Positions 47,755 through 57,983 of a stretch of DNA of 64,000 nucleotides are shown piece after piece. The notes beneath the pieces were generated by a model. That model was not told the DNA's origin. It searched no databases and saw nothing but the letters and a program-made list of their open reading frames with translations. A program made the translations under genes and the position numbers. The stretch's first letter is position 1. Every line of letters starts with the position of its first letter. Source of the stretch: Nitrospinaceae bacterium (GTDB lineage: Bacteria > Nitrospinota > Nitrospinia > Nitrospinales > Nitrospinaceae); contig OZ250172.1 in the NCBI GenBank assembly GCA_965237905.1, positions 2,304,001 to 2,368,000 on the forward strand, read 5' to 3'.

Positions 47755-50256
47755 GTGAATAACATTCAAGCCCCACTCCCCCAACTCAATGTATACCTGA
47801 ACTCTGCAGGACAGTGGACCTTTGCTTGCTTTGTGATCCTCCTGTTGGCGTACGCTTATTACCGTTGGAGAATAGGCGAGAAGACGAAAAATGAATCGTA
47901 CTCCGTTGCCGATGAGACCAAACGTTTCACCTGGTTCGTCGCAGGAGGAGCCATCATTGCTACCATGTTTGCCAGTGATACTCCTTTTGTTGTGGGTGAC
48001 TTTATTCGCTCCAGAGGCGGGGTGGGTTGGAATTGGTTCTGGCAAAGCGGATTGATCGCGTTTTCACTCGGAACATTCCTCTATGCCGAGATATGGGTGC
48101 GATTGAGATTATACGCAGACGCCGCACTGCCCTTGCTTCGTTTTGGAGGCAAGCGGGCGAAAATCCTTATGGTAACGCAAAGCCTGGTTGAATTGCTCGC
48201 CAGAAACAATGCGGTCATGGGAACGGTTTGCAAAGCAATGGTCATGGTGGTCCTGTTGGGGTTTAACGTTTCCGGGGTTTACTTTACGTTTGAAGGAATC
48301 GACCTGTTTCCGCATTTCCTGCCTCACGGAGAATCGTACCCTGCCAATGCGTCGCTGACCTTCGCGCCGGAGCCGTTTATTTTCTTTGTGATGCTCGCGC
48401 CCGTTGTCGTGTTCAGCCTCTTCTCGGGCTTCCGTGGGATGGTTCTGGCCGACAATGCTCAAATTATTCTGGCGGCCCTTATGTTTTTTGGAGCCATGAT
48501 TAACATATGGAATGATCACGGAATCGCAGGAACCGTAAACAAGGGCCAGGAAATACTCGCCAGCGGAGAAACCAGAAATTCTCTTGTGAAAGTCAACCGA
48601 TCCCTGTTTGACCGAAGTATCGCCAAGCCCGATCAATTGGTGCGCGAGGGTATTCTTATAGAAACCTCTCACTTGCCGGATGAATATGTTTTCAGCCCGG
48701 ATATTACCGGACTGAACCGGGAGATCATCCTGTCATCGGTCGGTTACGTGACGGAAGACCCCTTTTACCGGTTTTGGGAAACGAACTTTGTCCCCAAACG
48801 CGGGCGGTTCAAAAATCAGGAAACGATCGACCAACTGATCACCGCGGGACTTCTGGATGAACAGTTGTTTCCTCCGAAGCACATAACGAATATAAACGCC
48901 TACATTCTGGAACTCGATAGACACAACATCGAAAAAACGGAAATATGCGCTTCTCTAACCGGACAACGCGTCACCCACCCGGACACCATGGGAAGTTTGA
49001 TGCTCCATTACCCCTTCTCCAGCGAGTTGGTCTACACATTGGTGGGACTGTTCGCCTTGCTCGGTCTCCAGCCTATTTTAGGGTCCTTCATCGGCGGATA
49101 TGCGGTCCAAAGACTCAAGGATTGCAAAAATGAGTTCCACGCGGTCGGCGCAGGACTGTTCCATTCCACCTTCTCATTTGCCCTCAGGTATCATCCCTGG
49201 ACAGTGCTCGGAATAGCATCCCTGTTCCTGGTTCCGTCCATCTATGCCTATGGGGTCCACTTGAACGGAGAGGCGGGCGTCGCCATTGCCGGATTTCTCA
49301 TTTTTGGGACGGGGTTCTTCGGAGGGGCATTCATTTCTGTTGCCTATGGAGCCTATATGTCGACCATGACCAGTCAATTGTTTCATGGCGGTTCTTATAT
49401 CCTCGAATTATGGACGGCCGCCCGAAAAAAGAAAGCCTCTTCCCTTGAAGAATTCGTGGTCGGGAAAGTCGCCATCGTTCTTTTAATTTCCCTTTTACTC
49501 TATTACGTACTGCACGTGGACAACCTGTTGGCCGGTTGGGAGCTTGCGATCGAATTATTGGCGGGAGCCGGTCTTCCCACCGTGTTTATGTTCTGGTATT
49601 GGAGAATCAATTGCTATTCGATTTTGGCCGGGGTGGTTGGTTCTCTTGTGATGTACGTCCTGTTACATGGATTCGGCCCCATCGACGCGTTGGTGGCCTG
49701 GCTGTGGTCCCTCCAGGGGATATGGGATTTCGAATTGACCTACGGCGTTAAAATTTTTCATTACATCTCGGCGTATTTTTTCGGAGACACCTGGTATTTG
49801 GAGGAGGAATCTTTCCGACTGATTATCAGTGTCCTGACCGTCATGCCCCTGTGGATTGCTGTGACCTTCCTGACCGATCCGGAACCGCCGGAGGTGAGAA
49901 GGCGGTTTTTTGCACGGGCCCTGCCGTTCGGTTGGTGGCCGGAAGAAGTGAAGTACTTCAATTATCAGGAACATCACGTCATTTTCCCGTGGAGCAGGCT
50001 GGCCTGCGCCCTCACCACCTCACTGGCTGGAATTTTTCTGATTGTCGGGATCACCAAGCTGGTCTTTGGGGAGATGATCGGTTGGGTCTATATTCCACCG
50101 GCCCTGCTGCTGGGCTTCCTGATATTTAAAATAATGAAAAAAATTAATTTCACGAGACCGCCGATTCCCAAAGAACTGTACGACGCAGTATTCAAAGACT
50201 ACGAATACATCGAAATATTTGCAGAAACCCCAAGGGAAAAAGCGAGAGCGAGTTAA
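47755..50256 (+). CDS. sodium:solute symporter (SSS) family transporter with a large soluble insertion
   Basis: WFVAGGAIIATMFASDTP, GWNWFW, GGYAVQRL, AYMSTMTSQL, FWYWRIN. Confidence 0.82.
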   Translation: MNNIQAPLPQLNVYLNSAGQWTFACFVILLLAYAYYRWRIGEKTKNESYSVADETKRFTWFVAGGAIIATMFASDTPFVVGDFIRSRGGVGWNWFWQSGLIAFSLGTFLYAEIWVRLRLYADAALPLLRFGGKRAKILMVTQSLVELLARNNAVMGTVCKAMVMVVLLGFNVSGVYFTFEGIDLFPHFLPHGESYPANASLTFAPEPFIFFVMLAPVVVFSLFSGFRGMVLADNAQIILAALMFFGAMINIWNDHGIAGTVNKGQEILASGETRNSLVKVNRSLFDRSIAKPDQLVREGILIETSHLPDEYVFSPDITGLNREIILSSVGYVTEDPFYRFWETNFVPKRGRFKNQETIDQLITAGLLDEQLFPPKHITNINAYILELDRHNIEKTEICASLTGQRVTHPDTMGSLMLHYPFSSELVYTLVGLFALLGLQPILGSFIGGYAVQRLKDCKNEFHAVGAGLFHSTFSFALRYHPWTVLGIASLFLVPSIYAYGVHLNGEAGVAIAGFLIFGTGFFGGAFISVAYGAYMSTMTSQLFHGGSYILELWTAARKKKASSLEEFVVGKVAIVLLISLLLYYVLHVDNLLAGWELAIELLAGAGLPTVFMFWYWRINCYSILAGVVGSLVMYVLLHGFGPIDALVAWLWSLQGIWDFELTYGVKIFHYISAYFFGDTWYLEEESFRLIISVLTVMPLWIAVTFLTDPEPPEVRRRFFARALPFGWWPEEVKYFNYQEHHVIFPWSRLACALTTSLAGIFLIVGITKLVFGEMIGWVYIPPALLLGFLIFKIMKKINFTRPPIPKELYDAVFKDYEYIEIFAETPREKARAS

Positions 50257-50377
50257 ACTGCACTGCCTTCTTTCCAGGCCATAAATCCTTTGTAATATAG
50301 ATTTCTAAAATTTTCCCGCCAGCAAATGCTTTCTCCCCGATTCGTCAAAAGTCGCGATAAAGGGTGCTTCGTCGCTG

Positions 50378-50797
50378 TCATCTAACCAAATGCGTTTTTC
50401 CCGATTTGTCAATGAATGCGATAAAGGGTGCTTCTTCACCGTCATCAAGGCCCAGGCCGATGACCATTCGGTCTCGATGATGAGAATCTTTAAAAACTAA
50501 AACCGGAGACTCGTTTGCACCGGCGAGCCGGAAGAGCAGGCGCAATTCCCCCTCATTGTCTGAGAAACCAACAAGTGGAAGTCCTTTTTCCGCTTTTGAA
50601 TAGGAACCATCATAAGTGCCCAGTTGCAACCTTGGTTTTCTATCCGGTCCATAAAGAAAAATCTGGCTGCCTTGGAACACTTTATTATTCGCGGCTTCGG
50701 CCTGGGTGGGAGCCAACCAGAGCTGAGCCAAGGCCCCTCCGGAAAATCCCATAACGAGAATCATTAAAACGAAAAAACCTTTCTTGTAAAAAGTCAT
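50378..50797 (-). CDS. small exported hypothetical protein
   Basis: GGAG RBS, N-terminal hydrophobic segment, repeated beta-hairpin-like units. Confidence 0.7.
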   Translation of the reverse strand: MTFYKKGFFVLMILVMGFSGGALAQLWLAPTQAEAANNKVFQGSQIFLYGPDRKPRLQLGTYDGSYSKAEKGLPLVGFSDNEGELRLLFRLAGANESPVLVFKDSHHRDRMVIGLGLDDGEEAPFIAFIDKSGKTHLVR

Positions 50798-51130
50798 ATC
50801 TCCATCTCCTCAATTGAACAGGTTTATACGTCCTGAGTGCTTCCATGGCTCATCTCGTTTTTGCCGGATGCAAGGCAAGTTGACTTGTTTTGATGAAGGG
50901 GACCGCCTATCTCATTCGAAATGCCATAGATGTCTATTTAAGTGTAATGGCTAACACACTGATTTCAAAAGTGTTTTAAATTAGAGAGCTTACCACTTTT
51001 TAGGGAGTTGCCTGAAAGGGTAAAAAAGGCTTTTGAAGCCGGAAATGGCTCGGAACGGAAGGTATTTAATGGTACAATTACAGTTATGGTAAAAATATAA
51101 AACGTGGGCGTTTTTCCCGGAGTTTGTTCG

Positions 51131-51799
51131 ATGGCGGCTTGTCGCAGGTTTGCATGCCAATGGCTGGCGATACTCTTTCTTTCCGTGCTTCCAGTGAAAG
51201 AGGCTATTGCTTACGAGGGCCATCACTATTTTGGCGGTCAGTCGGTTTCCCTGTCCTTGAAGACTCTGGTCCAGCCTTGCGGAAAAATTCGGGCGCAATT
51301 GTATGCAACGACCCATGCCATGGAAGCCCCCATCGGAGACCAGGTTTTAAGTGACTGCTCCAAACCGCTTCAAATCAGTTTGCCGAAAGTCCGGGCTAAA
51401 ACGAAATTTACCCTGGAAATTGAATCTCTAACCAAAAAGGGATGGGTGGCTTCCGGCATTATTCCATTGCAGGCCTACCCGCAACAAATATTGACCCCTC
51501 TACGCGACTGGGCCGAGAAGAATGATCTTGTCGTGGCTGATTCCGACGGCAAACTGGAGCGGTTCCTCGAAAAACAGAATATTTCATTTACTGTGAATCG
51601 CCGGAAAACCCTGGAATCGCCGGAGGTTCATGTATTGGCAGGCGAGGGGGAAATTATTTTTAAGGAAGAGGCTGAAGGGATCCCAAAAATTTTTGTTAAA
51701 GGGAAAACGATCCTGGTAGAAATGCCTTTCCTGGATCAATTGGCTACACATCCTTCATTTCAATACGAATTCATTAAGATATTTCAGGAGATTTTGTAA
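51131..51799 (+). CDS. exported hypothetical protein, first gene of the CsgG-domain cluster
   Basis: Signal peptide ending EAIA; ORF track start is 51104. Confidence 0.65.
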   Translation: MAACRRFACQWLAILFLSVLPVKEAIAYEGHHYFGGQSVSLSLKTLVQPCGKIRAQLYATTHAMEAPIGDQVLSDCSKPLQISLPKVRAKTKFTLEIESLTKKGWVASGIIPLQAYPQQILTPLRDWAEKNDLVVADSDGKLERFLEKQNISFTVNRRKTLESPEVHVLAGEGEIIFKEEAEGIPKIFVKGKTILVEMPFLDQLATHPSFQYEFIKIFQEIL

Positions 51800-51824
51800 T
51801 CCCTACATATAAAGGAAAGCAATC

Positions 51825-52876
51825 ATGATTTATTTTTTCATTCGAAAATTCAATAGAATTCTGTGGGTTACCCTTTTGGTGGCCCTGTTCGGTCTGCTTC
51901 CTCGTTGGAATTCGCCGGCGAATGCGCAAAGCGGAGAGTTAACCACGGCGGTTCTGCCTTTTGCAGTTAAGGGACAAGAGACCGGTTTGATCAAGGAATT
52001 GATGTCCCGGGTCAAAAGCAGATCGCAGGATAAGCCCGACACCCTGGGGGAGGAGTTTGCTCTCCTGCTCACTCAAGAGCTTTCCGAAACACACGGGATT
52101 GCCCTGGTGGAACGGACGGAGTTGGACAAGGTTCTCAGTGAAATGGAATTGGGCGCATCGGGAGTAGTGGATCCATCGACCGCCGCTAAAATCGGACATA
52201 TTACAGGCGCCAAAGTCATAGTGACCGGGCGCATGTTCCAAGTTCAATCCAAAATGGTGATTGTGGCCAAAGTCATTGGCGTGGAAACTAGCCGCGTTTT
52301 TGCTCATACCGTTTCCATTCCAAGGAGAGGTTCCGTTCAGGAAGCGGCAAATCTGTTAGCCCTAAGGATTGCCGAGAAACTGACTGCCAAGGGTTCCACC
52401 TGGTGGCCAAGGTCGAGAACAAACAAAGCTCCATCGAAAAACTGCAAGGGTTGCTGAAAAACTATGATGCCAACGACTTTCCAGTGATTTCGATTCAGAT
52501 TTATGAAATGAGTATGGATAGAAAAGTCATGAACCCCGCCGCACAAACCGAACTAAAGTTCATTATGCAGGGCGTGGGTTTTCAGTTGGTTGACCCTGTC
52601 AACTCCGTCAAACTTCCCGATGTTCAGATACGAGGGAAGGCCTTCAGTGAGTTTGGGCTCCGAAGGGGCAACTTGGTTTCAAGTAAGGGAAGGGTGGAAG
52701 TGGAAGTCATCGAGCGGCAGACCGGAAAAATTCTGGTGGTGGATCGGGCAGTTGTTGTGGCCGTCGACCTTTCACCGGAAATTGCCGGCAAAAAGGCGCT
52801 CCAGAATGCCACGGCGCAAATTTCCGAACGACTGGTACCGGCTTTACTTGAAAAATTGAAAACCAGAACACAATAA
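51825..52876 (+). pseudogene. CsgG/HfaB-domain protein split by a 1-bp frameshift (ORFs 51825-52457 and 52403-52876)
   Basis: AVLPF, LVERTELDKVLSEMEL, AAKIGHITGAKVIVTG; adding one C at 52398-52400 restores ...KGSTLVAKVENK... Confidence 0.7.
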
Positions 52877-52885
52877 GGTCATTCC

Positions 52886-55800
52886 ATGAACTATAAGCGA
52901 ACCCGCCGATGGTTCATCGGCGCTCTTTTTGTTCTCCTGGTGGGAATTCCCCATCGGGGACACGCGGACACTCGCCCGGTCACCTTGACGGTCATGCCTT
53001 TCACCGCTTTGCAGGGGCAATCCCAAGCCTGGTTGAGTAAGGGGCTGGCCGACCTGTTCACCAAAGACCTGGGTCAGGTGAATTCCTTTGTTCTGCTGGA
53101 GCGGACCCGGATGCAGGCCTTCGTGAACGAACTGGAGTTGAGCCAGAGCGGTTTGATCGATAAGAATCAAGCACTGCGAATGGGACGAGTCGCACGGGTC
53201 GAACAGGTCCTCTATGGCAATTACTCGTTATCCGGCAAGGACATTCGCTTAAACATTTTTTTACTGGAAACGGATTCCCAGGAAATCGTACAAACGGCCC
53301 AGGCGTCTGGGAAATTAGAACAGATACGGGAACTGGCCCAACAGATGTCTTTGGATCTGATTAACAAACGGGGCATTCAATTAAGCCGGGAAGAAAGCAA
53401 AAAAATCCGCTTTGTGGCCACGGACTCTATTCAAGCTACGGAACATTTTTATACAGGTATGGATTTATTTGACCGCGGGCAATATGCAGATGCCTTTGGA
53501 CGCTTTTTCGCCGCTTCTAAAAACGATCCGAGTTATTGGGAAGCTCACCTGTGGATGGGGCGATTGTTGGAAGCCCAGAGCCAGGTTCGCGAATCGGTTC
53601 TTACCTATAAAAAACTATTCAAAAAAGCTCCGGCCATTGTGGAAGCGCAGGATGCAATGATGTTTGCCGGCCTGGCGGTCGAAAACCGATTACAAGACTC
53701 CGGCCAGGCGATAGAAATTTATAAAACCCTGTCCGTCAAAAAACCGCAGACTCCTCACAATATCGAAGCGTTGTTCCGGCTGGGCGGCCTGCTGGCCGAC
53801 AAAGGTCGTTTCCAGGAAGCGTACCGGGCTTTCCAGAAAGTTGTTGATTTCCACAAGGAGTATTCGAAAAAAGGATTGGAAAAACGTGTCGCACTCCGCA
53901 ACTCTTCTTATTTCGGTTGGCGTCACGCTTCAACATTGCACTGGGATTCCATAAGGCAGATGATCGGTCTGTATCCTGATCTCACGGAGGTTTTGCCTCG
54001 CAAACAATGGCCGCCCCTTCCGGCCGGGGCCTATCTGATGGACCCCAAGAACCCGGTTATAAAATCCCGCATGAAGGACATGCAGGCCTTCTTTAAAGAT
54101 GTACGCCGCAATCAGGAATGGGAGGAATACTATTACGCCATCGTCATTCCCAATGGCTATGAATTTACCGGAGTGGAGATGGAAGTCACCGGAAAGGTGT
54201 TCAGGAGAGGAACTTCGGGAGGCCAGTCAGGAGATGATTTCAGAATTCGTGTGCATCCTTTTCCGCTGGCCAGGGATGTCCATAGTTCCTGGTTGGGAGC
54301 CCTTTATGGTCAAACCCTGAAAACCACCACGTTGCGGAAGGGAGTGACTTTTCATGGTGAAAACCGGAGAATTATTGTGGTGGAAGTAGGCGCCGCCGGA
54401 GCCCAGATAGATGGATGGCAGATCAAGGGCCATATCCAGAAAAGAGGAAGAAAAACTCAGGCTTCTCCTCCCTTAACCGCACAAATTGGAAAAAATCCAG
54501 AAGCCCTGCACTTGAATACGATCCCCTTTCTCAGCGGACAATTTTCCGGAAGCAATCGGGAAAATCATTTTTACATTCCCAAAAAAGAATTGTCCATGGC
54601 CATGGACCGGAGCGGTCGTGTCGGCCTGATAACGCTTTCCGGAGCCTTGGATGATGCGGAAAGTGACCTGTGGTTTTCCCAAAGCAAAGACGGAAAAACC
54701 TGGGAAGCTCCCTTTCGGTTGCCGATCAACTCTTCCAGTCAGGAATACAATCCGCACCTGGTGCCTGCAGAGGATGGCAGCCTCCAGCTATTTTGGATTT
54801 CCGAACGTCGCGGCCAAGGCTGGGAACTTTGGACCAGTAAGCTTTCTCCAAATGACAAATGGTCACATCCCAGCCGTGTTCCTCTGGAAACGATTGAACC
54901 CTGGAAACCGACTTCCGTCCATATGGCGCGGAAGACCAAATCAAGCGTCAAGGGATTGTTGAAATCGCTGTTCACCAATGATGCGAAAACCAAGAACAGC
55001 AATTTTAAGGAATTTTCTCGTGTGGGTATTCCCAGGTTCTTGGAATATTCCGTGACTCAAAACCGCCGGGGGCAATGGGTCCTGGCTTATTATTCTTATG
55101 TGACGAAGGGTGTGGTGATTCTTCAGTCCACGAATTTGAAGGATTGGAAAAAGATTTCTGAAATCAATACCGGGAATCCAGTGTTTGGGCCTTCGTTGAT
55201 TCAGGACTCGAAGGGGGTTTACCGGTTGGCCTTGTTTGCGAACAGCGGTCGAGCCCAAGTCTACAGTTCCAACCAAGGCCGCCGCTGGTCCAAAAAGGAA
55301 TATTCCCTGAACTGTCATTGTCAGCAGTATTCCAACGAAGTCCATTCCATGCAACTCATCGCAAAGCCCGACGGGCGGCTGACCCTGCTACTTTCGGATA
55401 ATTTTTACGGACTGCAATATGCACATTTTAATCCGGATGTCGATCAACCCCGACTCGATCTGGTCAGCCGGGTCCGGACGGAGCCGTATGCGATCACTCC
55501 CTTTAAGAATGAAAAGTATTTGGTGGCGCTCAAGAAAGATAGGGGAGTAGGAATTTATCAATATAAGAACTTCACCACCAGTCCCGGAAATTCTGGAAAC
55601 CGTATCATTTATACGGAAACGTCTCAGGACCCATCCGGCAATCGTTGGGATCGGATTTTTGCTCACCGCCGTTTTATTTCTTCAGATGTTACGGCTCTGG
55701 CGATTGGTCCCAAAGGACGTATCTGGTGGGGAATCGAAAGCGGGCTTATGACCTTGAATGGAGAAGCGTTTTCCCTGCAGGACGTTTCCAATGGTTTTTT

Positions 55801-56548
55801 CCACAACTTTATTACAAACATCGCTCCCTGCTCCGACAGCCATGCCTGGGTCTCCTCAAGTTTCCATGAACACCCGGAAGTAGGCCGAGTCGGCGTCGAC
55901 CCAAGGGTGAAACGATCCTTTGTGCCCCTGCAGACCACCCGGGTCCGAATACCGGGTGCTCAAGGTGCCATTACTGTTATCAAGTGTGCGGAAAAAAATG
56001 GTGGGTTGTTGGTCGGCACGACCCAAGGACAATTCATCCAATTTAAGAATAACCGTGTGGTCATGAAGCATCAATTTTCTTCGTCTGTTACCGCGATTGC
56101 AGAGAACGGCCAAGGGAAGTATTTCGTCGGCACCGGGAAAGGGGAAATCCATTTCGTTCAAAACCAAATCTCAGTAAAAGCCAAAAGTTTCAAAGGACGG
56201 GTGAATGATTTGGTGGTCGATGCGCAAGGCGACCTTTGGGCAGCCGTGGAGGGGCAAGGGTTGAGCCGTTACCAAAAAGGAAAATGGAAAACGTTTTCTA
56301 CCAAAAACTCGAAGGTGGCTTATGACCGTATCGGAGCGTTGACCGCAGATAAATTTTTGGGTGTGTGGTATGTGGCTCACGGAGAGACGCGCTCTTTTGG
56401 AGTGGGATTTTTTGATGGCAAACAGCATGAGTTATACAACCCCCCGCAGAGATTTATTGAAAAACCCAGCTCCCTGGATGTCGACCCGGAAGGCCGCATT
56501 TGGATCGGGACCTGGTTCGACGGTGTCTATCAACTGGTGAAAAAATAA
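52886..56548 (+). CDS. exported multidomain protein: CsgG/HfaB, TPR, Asp-box/BNR propeller, C-terminal beta-propeller
   Basis: LLERTRMQAFVNELELSQSG; TPRs; SQSKDGKTW, SSNQGRRW; GPKGRIWWG, DAQGDLWAA, DPEGRIWIGT. Confidence 0.8.
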   Translation: MNYKRTRRWFIGALFVLLVGIPHRGHADTRPVTLTVMPFTALQGQSQAWLSKGLADLFTKDLGQVNSFVLLERTRMQAFVNELELSQSGLIDKNQALRMGRVARVEQVLYGNYSLSGKDIRLNIFLLETDSQEIVQTAQASGKLEQIRELAQQMSLDLINKRGIQLSREESKKIRFVATDSIQATEHFYTGMDLFDRGQYADAFGRFFAASKNDPSYWEAHLWMGRLLEAQSQVRESVLTYKKLFKKAPAIVEAQDAMMFAGLAVENRLQDSGQAIEIYKTLSVKKPQTPHNIEALFRLGGLLADKGRFQEAYRAFQKVVDFHKEYSKKGLEKRVALRNSSYFGWRHASTLHWDSIRQMIGLYPDLTEVLPRKQWPPLPAGAYLMDPKNPVIKSRMKDMQAFFKDVRRNQEWEEYYYAIVIPNGYEFTGVEMEVTGKVFRRGTSGGQSGDDFRIRVHPFPLARDVHSSWLGALYGQTLKTTTLRKGVTFHGENRRIIVVEVGAAGAQIDGWQIKGHIQKRGRKTQASPPLTAQIGKNPEALHLNTIPFLSGQFSGSNRENHFYIPKKELSMAMDRSGRVGLITLSGALDDAESDLWFSQSKDGKTWEAPFRLPINSSSQEYNPHLVPAEDGSLQLFWISERRGQGWELWTSKLSPNDKWSHPSRVPLETIEPWKPTSVHMARKTKSSVKGLLKSLFTNDAKTKNSNFKEFSRVGIPRFLEYSVTQNRRGQWVLAYYSYVTKGVVILQSTNLKDWKKISEINTGNPVFGPSLIQDSKGVYRLALFANSGRAQVYSSNQGRRWSKKEYSLNCHCQQYSNEVHSMQLIAKPDGRLTLLLSDNFYGLQYAHFNPDVDQPRLDLVSRVRTEPYAITPFKNEKYLVALKKDRGVGIYQYKNFTTSPGNSGNRIIYTETSQDPSGNRWDRIFAHRRFISSDVTALAIGPKGRIWWGIESGLMTLNGEAFSLQDVSNGFFHNFITNIAPCSDSHAWVSSSFHEHPEVGRVGVDPRVKRSFVPLQTTRVRIPGAQGAITVIKCAEKNGGLLVGTTQGQFIQFKNNRVVMKHQFSSSVTAIAENGQGKYFVGTGKGEIHFVQNQISVKAKSFKGRVNDLVVDAQGDLWAAVEGQGLSRYQKGKWKTFSTKNSKVAYDRIGALTADKFLGVWYVAHGETRSFGVGFFDGKQHELYNPPQRFIEKPSSLDVDPEGRIWIGTWFDGVYQLVKK

Positions 56549-56551
56549 AAG

Positions 56552-57331
56552 ATGAAGACCCTTCTAATAACTTTATTGCTGATGCAGGGGACCTTGGGAA
56601 TGCCGCCCCAAGGAAAAAATTCGTTGATGATTCTTCCCTTCGAAGCGGTGTCCGCACAACAGGATTATCAATCCCTTGAGAACGGGATACCCGATATCCT
56701 CATGGCGTGCCTCTCTGCGCATTCGGATTCCATTCAGGTGTTGGACCGCAGTCATTTGAATTCACTCGCCCAGGAATTGGGATTGGTCTATGAGGCATCC
56801 ATGAGCCGGGAAGGGGTGGCTCAAATTGGTCGCCTGGCCTCGGCTCAATTCATCCTGACCGGAAGTTTCTGGGTGAAAAAAGAGACCCTCGAAATCCAGA
56901 TGTTTATCTATGAAACCGAAACCACCCGCTTGATTGGATCGACGGACATTCGTATGCCGGTCGATTCCCTGGCATCGAGTTGCGGGTCATTCGCGAAGAA
57001 GATTTCAGTGCAATTCGAAAAAAACCGAAAATCCCCATTTCACAACCTCGATCCTGAAGCGCACCCCGAGATGAGCAATTATATGATTCAGGGTCTGGGC
57101 TTTTATTACAACGGGGAATTCTGGAAGGCCTTTCCGGCGTTCCTCAAGGTTTTGGAAATGGATCCCGATCATGCCAATGCCCGGTTCTGGCTTGGGAAAA
57201 GTTATATGCGTGCTGGAATGGGTGATCTGGCCAAGCTTTCACTGGAAGAGTTTGTCCGCAGGTTTCCCAAGCACGAGAAATGGCAAGAAGCGCAAAAGTT
57301 AATCAAGGAGGCGGATCATGAAAAACACTAA
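56552..57331 (+). CDS. CsgG/HfaB-like + TPR exported protein
   Basis: ILPFE, VLDRSHLNSLAQEL, QIGRLASAQFILTGS; C-terminal TPR. Confidence 0.78.
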   Translation: MKTLLITLLLMQGTLGMPPQGKNSLMILPFEAVSAQQDYQSLENGIPDILMACLSAHSDSIQVLDRSHLNSLAQELGLVYEASMSREGVAQIGRLASAQFILTGSFWVKKETLEIQMFIYETETTRLIGSTDIRMPVDSLASSCGSFAKKISVQFEKNRKSPFHNLDPEAHPEMSNYMIQGLGFYYNGEFWKAFPAFLKVLEMDPDHANARFWLGKSYMRAGMGDLAKLSLEEFVRRFPKHEKWQEAQKLIKEADHEKH

Positions 57332-57983
57332 ATCAAAGGTCCTGATACTGGGAGTCCTGGTTGTGGCTATGGTAGGAATTTTTATGAGCAAAGGTTTTTC
57401 CCAGAAGGATAAATCTCATATGGCCAACTGGCCCCCGCAAATTGGGCAGAAGTATCCCGATCTCGAATTGATCGATCAGGATGGAAAACAATGGAACCTG
57501 GCCCGGTTCAAAGGCAAGGTCATTTTAATCGAGCCGATCGGCATGAACTGTCCGGCGTGCCAGTCGTTCGCCGGCGCTCATATTAAAGGTTCGTATGGAA
57601 ATATAACTCCACAAAAGGGATTGGACGATTTTGAGGGATATTTCAATTCCTATACCGGCGGACTGAGTTTGGAGGATGACGGAATTGTCCTGGTGGAACT
57701 TCTGCTGTATGACCTGACCCTGGGGCAACCCACTCTCAAGGATGCCGAAGGTTGGGCCAAGCATTTTGGGATGAAAAGCGCCAATAATCATTTTGTGGTG
57801 ATCCCTTCAACCGATATGAGAAACAGGGCCAGCTACGATTTGATTCCAGGTTACCAATTGATTGACAAGCAATTCACGCTTCGTTCAGACAGCACCGGTC
57901 ACAATCCGAAAGATAACTTATGGAGAAAGTTGTTGCCGATGGTTCCCAAAGTTCTAATGGAAAAAGGGAAGGGCAGGGCATGA
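57318..57983 (+). CDS. exported thioredoxin-fold (CxxC) protein
   Basis: IGQKYPDLELIDQDG, FKGKVILIE, CPAC. Confidence 0.75.
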   Translation: MKNTKSKVLILGVLVVAMVGIFMSKGFSQKDKSHMANWPPQIGQKYPDLELIDQDGKQWNLARFKGKVILIEPIGMNCPACQSFAGAHIKGSYGNITPQKGLDDFEGYFNSYTGGLSLEDDGIVLVELLLYDLTLGQPTLKDAEGWAKHFGMKSANNHFVVIPSTDMRNRASYDLIPGYQLIDKQFTLRSDSTGHNPKDNLWRKLLPMVPKVLMEKGKGRA

